A stretch of DNA of 64,000 bases from Escherichia phage vB_EcoA_4HA11: sequence record MN445184; one strand, 5' to 3'. The notes under the pieces are model-generated. The model was given only the letters and a program-made list of their open reading frames with translations, was not told the DNA's origin and made no database searches. The position numbers and the translations under genes are program-made. Shown here piece after piece: positions 30,960-40,637 of this stretch (the first letter of the stretch is position 1; each line of letters starts with the position of its first letter).

Positions 30960-31037
30960 TTGAAAATACCCCATAAGGATTTGCCAATATGGGGTATTTA
31001 GTCTGAACTAATAAAATTTATGAACAAAGGTATAATA
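30960..31037 (-). promoter_or_regulatory. conserved inter-tailspike cassette: ACTAAATA box plus leader hairpin (AAUACCCCAU/AUGGGGUAUU)
   Basis: About 90% identical to 33172-33248; hairpin 3' arm carries GGGG just 5' of the start codon. Confidence 0.5.
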
Positions 31038-31062
31038 AGAACCCCGCCAAAGCGGGGTTTTT
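31038..31062 (-). terminator. intrinsic terminator after tailspike gene
   Basis: CCCCGC-UUUG-GCGGGG hairpin plus U-run. Confidence 0.6.
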
Positions 31063-31074
31063 GCTCAAGATAAA

Positions 31075-33171
31075 TTAAAGTGTGTATGTTACATAACTTC
31101 CATCTGGTTTTTTAGCAAGCAACCTCAATGCTCCGTCACTTCCGAAGAAGAATCCTATAGATGAATTATGTTCCAGAGCGCTCTCTGGTAATTGTAAAGG
31201 GGCAGCAGGTATACTCATATGCTTAAAGCCTAAGCGGTTAAGCTGAAACTCACCTACACGTACACCCTCCTGAATTGCCGAAAGCTTGACAATACTTGCC
31301 TCACCCCCTGGTGTAGCAACCTGGCAATCTGCCGTCATAAGCAAAGATGGGTTTGTAGTACCACCCATAGCAGGTTGCATTGCAAGTGTCATTTGGTTGG
31401 CACTATGCTGAACATTGATATTACCTCCCTGAATATCGCTTATATAGGTACATAGTAATTTCTTAGTACCGGAACCAGCACAGGAAACATTACTTACTTC
31501 TGAAGACGGAGCGTATATAGCGTAACCTTGTGTAGTATATGCATGGATGTTAATACCACGAAGTCTACTACCTCCCTCACAGGTAAGCTGATTTAGGTTA
31601 GTTAAATCCTTATTCGCACCTACTACAGTAATGTTAGTAATATCATTGTTAGTACCCCTATCGAAGACGCCTTCCTTATGGGCCTCATAAGTAACAACAT
31701 TATCAATAATATTTTTCTGACCATCCCACCAAGCACCAATCCCCATACAATCACGAGTAATAATATTACGGATGATATGTTGAGTAGGTAGGTGGAACCA
31801 TGGATACTCTGCGAGTGAGTAGTCATCCACACGTTCAGTTGGCGACCCTGTGTCAGCATTAACATCAATACCATCATAGTAACACTGGATTGTAGTTATA
31901 TTGTCGAACACTAAACGGTAGTTCCTGGCTGAACGACCTCCAATTTCGTTCTGATAGGTTTTAATACCTGATTCTCCAACACGGTATGAGATTAAATCCC
32001 TTACTCCACCATCATGGTCTGTACCACCATCATTGCGAATGAACAGTACAGCGGAACCAGAGCCATATTTTATCTCACCCCCAACAACCCAGTTGCCAGT
32101 ACCCCATGCAGTTGTATGATGGTTCTCAAATGTAATGCCCGATTCCAAAGCAATAAAATTGCGTGGATTCTTAACAAGAATCCTATTACATAAAGTAAAT
32201 AGATAACCACCAAATGTAGCTTCTGGGTTCTCTACGATGATATTATCGCCGCTCATTATTCGCAAAGTAGCACCAGCAACCTGATTTTTTACATTATCAG
32301 GAAGGTCGTCCCAAATATCTAAATCGTTAATATTTGGCTTATATCCAACATCCAAACGCTGCTGAACAGATGCCAGAACTTGTGTTGGGTCTGTAACCCA
32401 ATTACCGTTTGCATCGAATCGGTAAACAGTATACGGCGTAGTTTTAGTATGCATGTGCGGTTTCTTAATTACTGAACCCGCACCCAAACCATTCCAAACC
32501 AACATACCATCGCCAATGAATTTTCCTTTGCATTCAATGATTAAAACTTTACCGCTAAAATCTACATTCTCATCTGCAGTAAAAGTGTAGTCAACATCAA
32601 TAAGCAATCCATCTACGGCTGCTGTCGCTGCATCCTGTAATGTAGAATAATCAGATAACTTTACTGAATATTTGAATTTCTTATTAGCTTCCTGCCTAAA
32701 TGCAGCATCACCAACACTAACCCAAGCACCTAAACCAACGCCACCAGTTGATGCTGGAGTTGAACCAGCAGGAACAACTTTAGGTAATGCACCATCCCAT
32801 CGATATTTTTCATCATCGTGAACAAGAAGTTCATTTTTCACATTAATAGTATGGCCGAAATTAAAAGAACCAGGTAAAGTCACATATTCTTCGCGGCTTA
32901 CTGCTAATTCCCCGAGATCAACAGAGCCAGAAGAATGAGTAAGGATGGCTTGTTCGTTCAGACTTATCGCAGTCGTTCCTGAAACAATACCTGAAGGAAG
33001 AGAATAAGCCCGTTGGGTAGACTCATCATAAATTACTTTAAATCCGCTGAGATCAATACCGACAGTGAAATAAATGACTTCGTCTTCTTTGACACCGAAA
33101 TTTCGAGCGATAGATTGTTTGTTAACTTCTATGGAAGTGGAGCCGCGTGGTTGATTGAATTGAGAAATCAT
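31075..33171 (-). CDS. tailspike protein (TSP3-like, 698 aa)
   Basis: Shared N-terminal module; ATG start after conserved leader. Confidence 0.8.
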   Translation of the reverse strand: MISQFNQPRGSTSIEVNKQSIARNFGVKEDEVIYFTVGIDLSGFKVIYDESTQRAYSLPSGIVSGTTAISLNEQAILTHSSGSVDLGELAVSREEYVTLPGSFNFGHTINVKNELLVHDDEKYRWDGALPKVVPAGSTPASTGGVGLGAWVSVGDAAFRQEANKKFKYSVKLSDYSTLQDAATAAVDGLLIDVDYTFTADENVDFSGKVLIIECKGKFIGDGMLVWNGLGAGSVIKKPHMHTKTTPYTVYRFDANGNWVTDPTQVLASVQQRLDVGYKPNINDLDIWDDLPDNVKNQVAGATLRIMSGDNIIVENPEATFGGYLFTLCNRILVKNPRNFIALESGITFENHHTTAWGTGNWVVGGEIKYGSGSAVLFIRNDGGTDHDGGVRDLISYRVGESGIKTYQNEIGGRSARNYRLVFDNITTIQCYYDGIDVNADTGSPTERVDDYSLAEYPWFHLPTQHIIRNIITRDCMGIGAWWDGQKNIIDNVVTYEAHKEGVFDRGTNNDITNITVVGANKDLTNLNQLTCEGGSRLRGINIHAYTTQGYAIYAPSSEVSNVSCAGSGTKKLLCTYISDIQGGNINVQHSANQMTLAMQPAMGGTTNPSLLMTADCQVATPGGEASIVKLSAIQEGVRVGEFQLNRLGFKHMSIPAAPLQLPESALEHNSSIGFFFGSDGALRLLAKKPDGSYVTYTL

Positions 33172-33248
33172 GATAATACCCCATAAAGGATGACCAATAT
33201 GGGGTATTTAGTCTGAATTAACAAAATTTTATAAACATGGATATAATA
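33172..33248 (-). promoter_or_regulatory. conserved inter-tailspike cassette copy 2 (ACTAAATA box plus leader hairpin)
   Basis: Near-identical to 30960-31037. Confidence 0.5.
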
Positions 33249-33273
33249 AGAACCCCGCCGAAGCGGGGTTTTT
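33249..33273 (-). terminator. intrinsic terminator after tailspike gene
   Basis: CCCCGC-UUCG-GCGGGG hairpin plus U5. Confidence 0.6.
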
Positions 33274-33274
33274 A

Positions 33275-36200
33275 CTATGATGTAAATTTCATTGCATCCC
33301 ATGTTGTACCATTATGTCGATACCCGAAAATATTTGATGCCCCAGCAATAACATCATATCTGTCACCAGACGCATTACCAAAAGGCCTGTCAGGAACAGA
33401 AGTTGTGTCAGTTGCTAAAATGCCTTTAAACCACCATCCATTCTGGGTGTTTGGTTTGTATTTGTAAAATTGTTTAACATATGGTTGAGTTGGCGAGTCA
33501 ACATTAATTTGCCCATGAATACCAGCGTATCCGTATAAAGGTTCACTGGTATTCACATCACTGTATACATCAATGTTGAAGTAGTAATCCTGTACGGATA
33601 GTGGAGCTATCCCAAGCGCTGGATGCATCCATCTATCTGTTTTAATATCAGCAGTGAATTGCACAACACCAACAGTCACTCCTGCTGCTTGTTGCAATAA
33701 ACCCAGGACACCACCAAACTGACATTTTGTCATATTCCATTTAATATGCATTTCATCAAGGTGAACAAGATAATCGTTGGCAAATTTATTGGTAAACCTT
33801 ATGGCTGTGTTGTCTGATAATTGAGGTGAACCGTTGGTCCCGCAAGAGACAAAAGAGTCATTGCTGTTGAAAGTAGCACCTGTTTTTTGTTTACCCAAGC
33901 GAACACACCCCCAAAAACCTGAGAAAGTGTTATTTTCACTAACAACTTCTTTGAAATAGTCCAGGTCATAAGCAACGTTTGCAGCTTTTTGTTCAGTTGT
34001 CCAATCTGCGGCTCTGTTTTTTTGCAATATGTTATTATTTGCAGAGTAAATAATTGCATTAATAGTGGTTGGGTCAGATGACAAAACAGACGGCTGCTGT
34101 GTTGTGAATGCCGCAGTATTAGGATACCCGATAACTTGCTTTTCTGATCGTAGCGTTACAGTATTACCAATAAATCTGGCAACAGTTGTAACGTTAGGTA
34201 CGGTATCCAGAACCAAAGCACTACCTGCGTCCTCACAGACGTTATTTGTGAAGGTGACTATAGATGTCGATGTAGCACCGTCGTTAGCCTTCAGGAATGG
34301 GTAGCGAGCTTTTTTGGTGATGCATCCATCAACGATCCCATTACCATGACACTCAAATACCGTACACATGTCTGACATGGTTGGCTGGATACATTTAACG
34401 TTATTTATAACGTAGCCATCGGAATGAATTCTTATTGATGAGTGGTCTATTAGGTTACTGTTTCCAGTCACAGCGTCAGCAACGCGATAGAAGTTGCAAT
34501 TCTCTACACGCGTATTGTAGCTGTTGAACGCTGCCTGAGCTTCCTGGAATACCATTACGTTTGCACCAGGAGCATTCTTGACGTTAACTCCAGAAACAGT
34601 CACACCATTACTACCTTCGTAACAAGCTACTGCTGGACAATGAGCTTGTGCTCCAGACCAGTTCAATGGCGGGACAAGGTTATTGTCACCATTTTCATCA
34701 ATTAGCATATCGTGGACATATGCGTTCTGAATTTCACGAATACCATCACCGAAAACTACAAAGCCTTTAGTGCCCCCGTTTTCCTTATTGCGCTCAACAA
34801 CACCATCGGCAACATACAGTAACGTTGCGTCGCCATCGCCGATGAAAGTAACGTTGTTGCGAAGAAAAATCATAACTTCCTGATTACGATAAATAGTCAG
34901 ACCATGCGCCGTGCCTTCCACAAGAGTCGTTTTATCCAACAGATAAGTGCCAGCAGGAACCATGACAACTTGCTGGGATCCGAATAGTTCCGCACGTTTC
35001 TCCGCATGATAACCTGCGAGGTTTATAGCATCGACCGCGTCTACACCGATCTTATCTGCGATAGAATAGTTGTTATCAGCACCCCAGTTTGTAACAGACT
35101 GCCAATCATAATCTGTTAAATATCCAACACAGTAAAAATCGGGATAGTCTGGAACAGTTCCCGGCGCTACTGTATAACCACCACTTTGTATAGCACCATA
35201 TTTAACCCAGAAAAGACCACTTGAATCAACAAGAGCTTGCTCGTTGGTGGTTAAAACTGAACCTTGCAAGAAAGACCCAAACTTCTCGAATTTACTATTG
35301 ATATAATTATTAGCTACCCACTGGCGGGCAGTGGCATCACCAACACTCAACCACGCTCCCGAACCAACGCCTCCAGTTGTTGCAGGTGTTGAGCCAGCAG
35401 CTACAGTTTTAGGAAGTGTACCATCCCAACGATACTTTCCATCAGTATGGGTGAGTAATTCATTTTTAGTATTGATGACAGCACCAGAATCAAATGTCCC
35501 AGCCAAGGTAACATATTCTTCACGAGATACAGCTAATGCGCCCAGATCAACACTACCAGCAGAATGTACAAGCACAGCCGAAGAACTAAGGCTGACTGCC
35601 GTGGTTCCAGTCGGTAACTCTGGAATAAAATATGATCTCTGTGTTATTTTATCGTAGATAACTTTATACCCGCTTAACACAGCACCAACACTAAAATAAA
35701 CGACCTCTGTATCTTTAACATTGGTTACACGAGCCACTTCCCGCAAAGTATAATCAATTTGATTATAGATGTTTGGCGTTCCATTGATAATTACAACAAC
35801 TTCATCCTCTGCATCCAGTTCTTGCGCAAGAGTGATTTTACTGGTTAATGGATCGAATGTGAACCCCAGATTTTTATACTGGCGACTTCCGTTTATATCA
35901 ATGGCCGGAACATCATCAACAACGACGTCTAACGTGATTTCGGTTTCACCGCCAATCGCTGAACCCCCATTATAGACCCAAGTAATCGTAGAAGAACTAG
36001 AATCACCGCCATTACCCAATTGAATAGGAGTATATTCAATCACCTGAAGTTCTGTGCTGGCTGGCAAAGAAGGACTGAAAGTGATTACATTCCCATCTAG
36101 TGAATATTTGGATTCCGCAAGACGTTTTCCGTCAGCATACACGTCCACGATTGTTGGTGGAGTATTGAGAGTGACAGCACTTGTTTCAGACGCCAAAATT

Positions 36201-36778
36201 TGTGTAAAGATTTCACGACTGTAGACACGGCCTTGACCAAGACCGACGCCGGATGTAATAACCCAACCTTGTTCAGGTCCAGACCAAGTGAACGTTGCTG
36301 ATACGTTATCAGTTGTTATAGCCATGTCTTCAGTGGAGCCATACAAATTATTTCCAGAAGGAGACACGGTCAATGGGTAAGTGGCAAATTTCCCATAAGC
36401 ATCACAAATAGTAACGGAATCCCCAATACGCGTAGGGGGAGGGAGAACCACTGTAGATGCCCCTGTGGTATTATTAATGAGATAGCCACGACCTTCTAAC
36501 AAATTGCTAGAGGGAGCGTGAGGGAGCGTTTCCCAGCGTATTCCACCACCCCCCAAAGACAACCAACCACCGTTTTCGTAATAACCTTCAAATTCATCAC
36601 TATCAGGATTGTAACGCACAGAAGATGGAAGACCTGTAACTTCAGTATCTTCAGGAAATGTCATTACGGCACCAGGGGAATGCTCAATAGTGCCGGAGTT
36701 GTTGAAGCCTTTTATGTTCGAAGACTCAGAAGTTTCTAAACCCAAAGGGAAAAGAGGCTGTGTTGGTTTGTTGGCCAT
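33275..36778 (-). CDS. tailspike protein with extended N-terminal region (TSP4-like, 1167 aa)
   Basis: Shared module located internally (about residues 330-480) after a ~330-aa N-terminal extension. Confidence 0.8.
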   Translation of the reverse strand: MANKPTQPLFPLGLETSESSNIKGFNNSGTIEHSPGAVMTFPEDTEVTGLPSSVRYNPDSDEFEGYYENGGWLSLGGGGIRWETLPHAPSSNLLEGRGYLINNTTGASTVVLPPPTRIGDSVTICDAYGKFATYPLTVSPSGNNLYGSTEDMAITTDNVSATFTWSGPEQGWVITSGVGLGQGRVYSREIFTQILASETSAVTLNTPPTIVDVYADGKRLAESKYSLDGNVITFSPSLPASTELQVIEYTPIQLGNGGDSSSSTITWVYNGGSAIGGETEITLDVVVDDVPAIDINGSRQYKNLGFTFDPLTSKITLAQELDAEDEVVVIINGTPNIYNQIDYTLREVARVTNVKDTEVVYFSVGAVLSGYKVIYDKITQRSYFIPELPTGTTAVSLSSSAVLVHSAGSVDLGALAVSREEYVTLAGTFDSGAVINTKNELLTHTDGKYRWDGTLPKTVAAGSTPATTGGVGSGAWLSVGDATARQWVANNYINSKFEKFGSFLQGSVLTTNEQALVDSSGLFWVKYGAIQSGGYTVAPGTVPDYPDFYCVGYLTDYDWQSVTNWGADNNYSIADKIGVDAVDAINLAGYHAEKRAELFGSQQVVMVPAGTYLLDKTTLVEGTAHGLTIYRNQEVMIFLRNNVTFIGDGDATLLYVADGVVERNKENGGTKGFVVFGDGIREIQNAYVHDMLIDENGDNNLVPPLNWSGAQAHCPAVACYEGSNGVTVSGVNVKNAPGANVMVFQEAQAAFNSYNTRVENCNFYRVADAVTGNSNLIDHSSIRIHSDGYVINNVKCIQPTMSDMCTVFECHGNGIVDGCITKKARYPFLKANDGATSTSIVTFTNNVCEDAGSALVLDTVPNVTTVARFIGNTVTLRSEKQVIGYPNTAAFTTQQPSVLSSDPTTINAIIYSANNNILQKNRAADWTTEQKAANVAYDLDYFKEVVSENNTFSGFWGCVRLGKQKTGATFNSNDSFVSCGTNGSPQLSDNTAIRFTNKFANDYLVHLDEMHIKWNMTKCQFGGVLGLLQQAAGVTVGVVQFTADIKTDRWMHPALGIAPLSVQDYYFNIDVYSDVNTSEPLYGYAGIHGQINVDSPTQPYVKQFYKYKPNTQNGWWFKGILATDTTSVPDRPFGNASGDRYDVIAGASNIFGYRHNGTTWDAMKFTS

Positions 36779-36782
36779 TTGT

Positions 36783-36823
36783 AATACCCCTAAATGTATT
36801 CATGTCATCTAGGGGTATTTAGT
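36783..36823 (-). promoter_or_regulatory. ACTAAATA box plus leader hairpin upstream of the 1167-aa tailspike
   Basis: AAUACCCCUA/UAGGGGUAUU 10-bp stem ending 5 nt before the ATG. Confidence 0.45.
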
Positions 36824-36824
36824 T

Positions 36825-38015
36825 TTAGAAAGAAGCTGCAATAGAATAATCGACAGAACAAGCGGTTGTTGTATTCGCATTAACAACGGAAATTCTCAAT
36901 TTACCACCCACCACAGCCCCTGTGAACGTCACTGTACCACTCGTACTTTTCTGAACCAACAACTCTGATTTGATCGTTCCGTCACGAGTTATGGTTACTC
37001 GATATGTGTCAACAACGTTACCCGTCCCCCATTGCGCAGTTACCAGTATTTGACAAAGGTTCACCAAATCAAAATCTGGAAGAGCCGTCGTTCCAGAAGC
37101 CGAAACCGTGTATGACGACAAGTTTGTTTTTGTGCGATAAACTGCGTTCCCTAAACTGTTATCAATTGTGGTCATTTTGGCATTATACGTTGATACATCG
37201 ACCTTACCAGTCGTGAGAGAACTGATACTGCCGTCCAAGGAAGTCATCTTCGTATTATATGTGCTGACCTCGACTTTATTACCCAGAGACGTGTTGATAT
37301 TGGAGATACTCAAATCCAACGACGCCATCTTAGTGTTGTAAGTCGAGGTGTTGACTTTCCCGTTCAACGACGTGTTGATGTTATTAATTTGAGACTCTAA
37401 ACTCAGCATATCTGCATCATACGCTGTCGTTGTCACATATCCATTAAATCGGTTATCTGCAAACAACGCATCAAAAAATGCAGTCATTGCCCAATAACGC
37501 GCTCCAGAATCTGTTTGTACTGGAACTGAAGTCGGCAACGTTGGTCCGGTATACGCAGACAATCTGGTGAAATCCAAATTGAATTTGTAATATCCGGATG
37601 TCAACAACTCCCCAGCCAAACCAGAACCAGGCGGGGTAGTGTCTTCACTGACGCCATGCTTTCTCAACATGCTCAGGTTAACACCATCTGTCGAGTTCGT
37701 TGGTTCATCTGTGATTGAAACGGATTTTCCAGCAGGGACTTGTATACCCCCATTGGTCACCAACAAAGCATTGAAAGTCTTTTTGCCATTGATTGTTTGT
37801 TCACCACTATCTGTCCGAATAACTTTGTTGGCCAAAGTATCATTGATTGTGTCAACAGATCTTTTCAACTCGTATGTCAGGCGAGCAGACGGTGGAAACA
37901 ATGGGTCGCTGACTTCAAAATCATCAATGACGTCGTTTTTACTTACTTTGTCGTCAACAGAACCCAATATCTGATCTATCTGCTGACCTGTATATTGACT
38001 CAGGAAATCGGCCAT
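36825..38015 (-). CDS. fibrous protein with tandem peptide repeats (short tail fibre or fibritin-like)
   Basis: Four tandem ~23-27-aa repeats (STYNTKM.SLD.SISNINTSLGNKV); position among baseplate/fibre genes. Confidence 0.65.
   Translation of the reverse strand: MADFLSQYTGQQIDQILGSVDDKVSKNDVIDDFEVSDPLFPPSARLTYELKRSVDTINDTLANKVIRTDSGEQTINGKKTFNALLVTNGGIQVPAGKSVSITDEPTNSTDGVNLSMLRKHGVSEDTTPPGSGLAGELLTSGYYKFNLDFTRLSAYTGPTLPTSVPVQTDSGARYWAMTAFFDALFADNRFNGYVTTTAYDADMLSLESQINNINTSLNGKVNTSTYNTKMASLDLSISNINTSLGNKVEVSTYNTKMTSLDGSISSLTTGKVDVSTYNAKMTTIDNSLGNAVYRTKTNLSSYTVSASGTTALPDFDLVNLCQILVTAQWGTGNVVDTYRVTITRDGTIKSELLVQKSTSGTVTFTGAVVGGKLRISVVNANTTTACSVDYSIAASF
37128..37421 (-). repeat. in-frame tandem repeats (about 70-80 bp unit, 4 copies) inside the fibrous-protein gene
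   Basis: Repeated peptide unit seen in translation; coordinates derived from residue positions. Confidence 0.6.
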
Positions 38016-38017
38016 TT

Positions 38018-38872
38018 TTAGCTCCTTGTGCTTTCTAGGAATACAGTAAATCCAGCAGGATGAAAATGCTGACGGAAGACGCGCTCAAACACACCTTCAA
38101 AATCAGATACGTCGCCTGGGACTCCTATAACATAAGTGTATTCATCATAATAGTAATCATCACGCATCCCTGTCTTGCCGTCACATTCAAAATTTCCGTC
38201 CAGACCGCCTATGTCTTCTTTCGTAAAATAGACGCTGACTGGACAACCGAAATATATCCAAAAGAACAATTCAATCGCTTTCTTTGTTCCACGTATTTTA
38301 TAGATGTGTTTCAACAATTTCAGCCAACGCGGATGATCCAGAGTTCTCCGTTTCGTTCCTTCGATATAAACAGAGAACGTATCGCCCGTGGCCGTCAATA
38401 AAGAATCCGAACCGACTGGGATAAAATGTCCAAATTCTTGAAATGATTTATCAACAGTTCGTTGGAAACCAAAATCATTATACCAGTCATCTATCTGTTT
38501 GTTCTTATCTTCTATTGACAGTAGCGGCCTTCCGTCGGAATCTAAAAGTTCTTCGGCATCCAGAGCCATCATGTTCTCAAAGGTACGAACCAAGAATTTA
38601 TCAGACAAATAATCCTTGGCCTCTGAGCCTGGGGTCTTGTCAGCCTTTAAATCAATCAGCTGTTTAACTGGAGAATCTTCACTCTCAGGATTCATCCAAC
38701 TAGACGTATCCGCCAGATATGCCAAGATCTCTTCTTGAGTGAACCCCTGCTGTCTATACAACCAATTGAAAAACGTGTCCATAAATTCTATGAACAGAGG
38801 GAAATCATTCTGGTAGAACAACGGAGTTTCATACTTAACCCCGTTGTGTCCATTATTAAGATCTTTGGACAT
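38018..38872 (-). CDS. baseplate-associated protein (start reset)
   Basis: Start moved to ATG (MSKDLNNG) with AGAGGTG SD; overlaps the end of the gp6-like gene. Confidence 0.5.
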   Translation of the reverse strand: MSKDLNNGHNGVKYETPLFYQNDFPLFIEFMDTFFNWLYRQQGFTQEEILAYLADTSSWMNPESEDSPVKQLIDLKADKTPGSEAKDYLSDKFLVRTFENMMALDAEELLDSDGRPLLSIEDKNKQIDDWYNDFGFQRTVDKSFQEFGHFIPVGSDSLLTATGDTFSVYIEGTKRRTLDHPRWLKLLKHIYKIRGTKKAIELFFWIYFGCPVSVYFTKEDIGGLDGNFECDGKTGMRDDYYYDEYTYVIGVPGDVSDFEGVFERVFRQHFHPAGFTVFLESTRS

Positions 38873-40637
38873 AGCGCACCTCTGGCGTAACAACCACATC
38901 ACCAATCTTGAATACTTGGTTTTGTGTAGCCTGTATGTTCTGGTTCAGTCCATCCGGTAACACGACTATGGTCACCCCTTCAGGGTTATAGTTAGAGACC
39001 GTGATCTGCTGAAGGTCTACAACCCCATTTGCATAATCCACAACCCCTGTTTTTTGAACTAAAAACTCTTTTGTCGTGTCATTGTTATTCACTTTATACA
39101 TGTTCAAATCGCCATTATTGTCGCGCATGTAGTAAGTGAAATCCACCTCGGCAGGAAGCGGTTTGAACCCCGTTATTTTCACAGAACCAGGTTTGATACT
39201 TCGTCCATAACTGAATGTGAAACTGTCTAAGACTCCATAATCAGGTTTGAAATGGCGTTTATAACCAACCGAAGTAATATTCGAGTTAATAGAACGCTCC
39301 ATTTTTGTAATTGCTTCCTGCAATATTTCTTTGTCAAACAATTGATCAAATCCGCCGAGATTATTTTCACCCCATTTAACGATACTGTTTCCAACAACAA
39401 CTTTCATCTGTTCTTCAACGTAGACTGTAGAAGTAGGATCCCAAAATATAGTCGTTGAGACTTGGATATATGTGATCTCGGAGTCTACCACTTTGGGGGT
39501 AATAGATCCCACATTATACTTGTCCAGAGCAGCAACGATATCGGCCTTCTCAGCGTCCGAAAGTGTCTCACCAACAGAAGGTATAACAGCGATGTAAACA
39601 TAGCCAGAATCAGGAGGAGACAGCGTGTCACCACCATATGATTTAGCTCGGGAGACGTTGGAGAATAACCTTTCAGTCAATACACCATAATCTGTTTCTG
39701 TAACCGCAGCACCATCAGCCTGATAAGCTAAAGGAGCCAACCGTTTAGTGTCCTCAATAGATTCCGGATCGTCTCCACCTGCGCTACGTTCGGAAACCAA
39801 TTCTACGTCGACCTGGTTAAACCCGCCTATGGATGACGCTGATGACAGGCTTGTAATATCATTCCCATCAGCACCAGAAGTTTCTAAGTATTGAAGGAAT
39901 ATGACGTTCCCATCTTCTACTCGACGCGAAAGATAACCATCTCCGAATTCAAACACATACAGACCATCAATACCCAATTCTACGAAATACAGGTAGGCAT
40001 ATTGGCTCAGATCAAATGGACTGTTGTAACGTTGATATGTCGTCGAAACGTCGGAAGACTCTGATTCTTGTACTTGCACGACCATATGATTGATATCGAC
40101 ATTCCCAGAAGGAATCGTATATGTTGAAATCGCGCTTCCTTCAACATCATATGTCTTGTACAACCAATTCCCCTGTACCAACTTTACATTGTTGAACATG
40201 TAATAACCGTCTGCAGTCAACGTTGCCGACACTGGTTTCTCAACAGTAAAGTTGTAGGAACTGCCGTCTTTTGCCCCAACGAACATTACGCGCCGATCCA
40301 TGATGATTTCATTGGGGGCTGTGCTGGCGTCATAAGGCGTAACTTTGATGTTGACATACATGTATGCTGCCCGATAGTTGTCAGGCGTGTAGGAAAGAAA
40401 TGCAGCAGATAAACCGACGTTTGAACGTTGATTTGCTGTCTTCAAATGGCCTTCACCATTAAGCATGTTTTGCATAAAGGCTATGGCGTTCGCGTCAGAT
40501 GCCAACAAACGAATAATCGCACTAAGACCAGAACCTTCAAAGTCATAATCTTTAAAGGTGGGATCAGCTTTCATTCGCTGTTTAATAATGTATTCAAATG
40601 CTCTGACGTCGAGTGAAGGAACTGTTTGCGTGGCCAT
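38856..40637 (-). CDS. baseplate wedge protein (T4 gp6-like)
   Basis: DYDFEGSGLSAIIRLLA matches the gp6 N-terminal DYDFEGS motif from memory; ORF-track start is TTG, reset to ATG (MATQTV) with GGAGA SD. Confidence 0.7.
   Translation of the reverse strand: MATQTVPSLDVRAFEYIIKQRMKADPTFKDYDFEGSGLSAIIRLLASDANAIAFMQNMLNGEGHLKTANQRSNVGLSAAFLSYTPDNYRAAYMYVNIKVTPYDASTAPNEIIMDRRVMFVGAKDGSSYNFTVEKPVSATLTADGYYMFNNVKLVQGNWLYKTYDVEGSAISTYTIPSGNVDINHMVVQVQESESSDVSTTYQRYNSPFDLSQYAYLYFVELGIDGLYVFEFGDGYLSRRVEDGNVIFLQYLETSGADGNDITSLSSASSIGGFNQVDVELVSERSAGGDDPESIEDTKRLAPLAYQADGAAVTETDYGVLTERLFSNVSRAKSYGGDTLSPPDSGYVYIAVIPSVGETLSDAEKADIVAALDKYNVGSITPKVVDSEITYIQVSTTIFWDPTSTVYVEEQMKVVVGNSIVKWGENNLGGFDQLFDKEILQEAITKMERSINSNITSVGYKRHFKPDYGVLDSFTFSYGRSIKPGSVKITGFKPLPAEVDFTYYMRDNNGDLNMYKVNNNDTTKEFLVQKTGVVDYANGVVDLQQITVSNYNPEGVTIVVLPDGLNQNIQATQNQVFKIGDVVVTPEVRYVQRS

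Noticed and set aside
28194-30974. ORF-track start of the 926-aa tailspike at the first ATG (MGYFQ)
   Set aside because: That ATG lies inside the conserved leader hairpin arm; in the paralogous 698-aa gene the equivalent ATG is out of frame, so the downstream ATG (MTRN, 30959) is preferred, though not proven.
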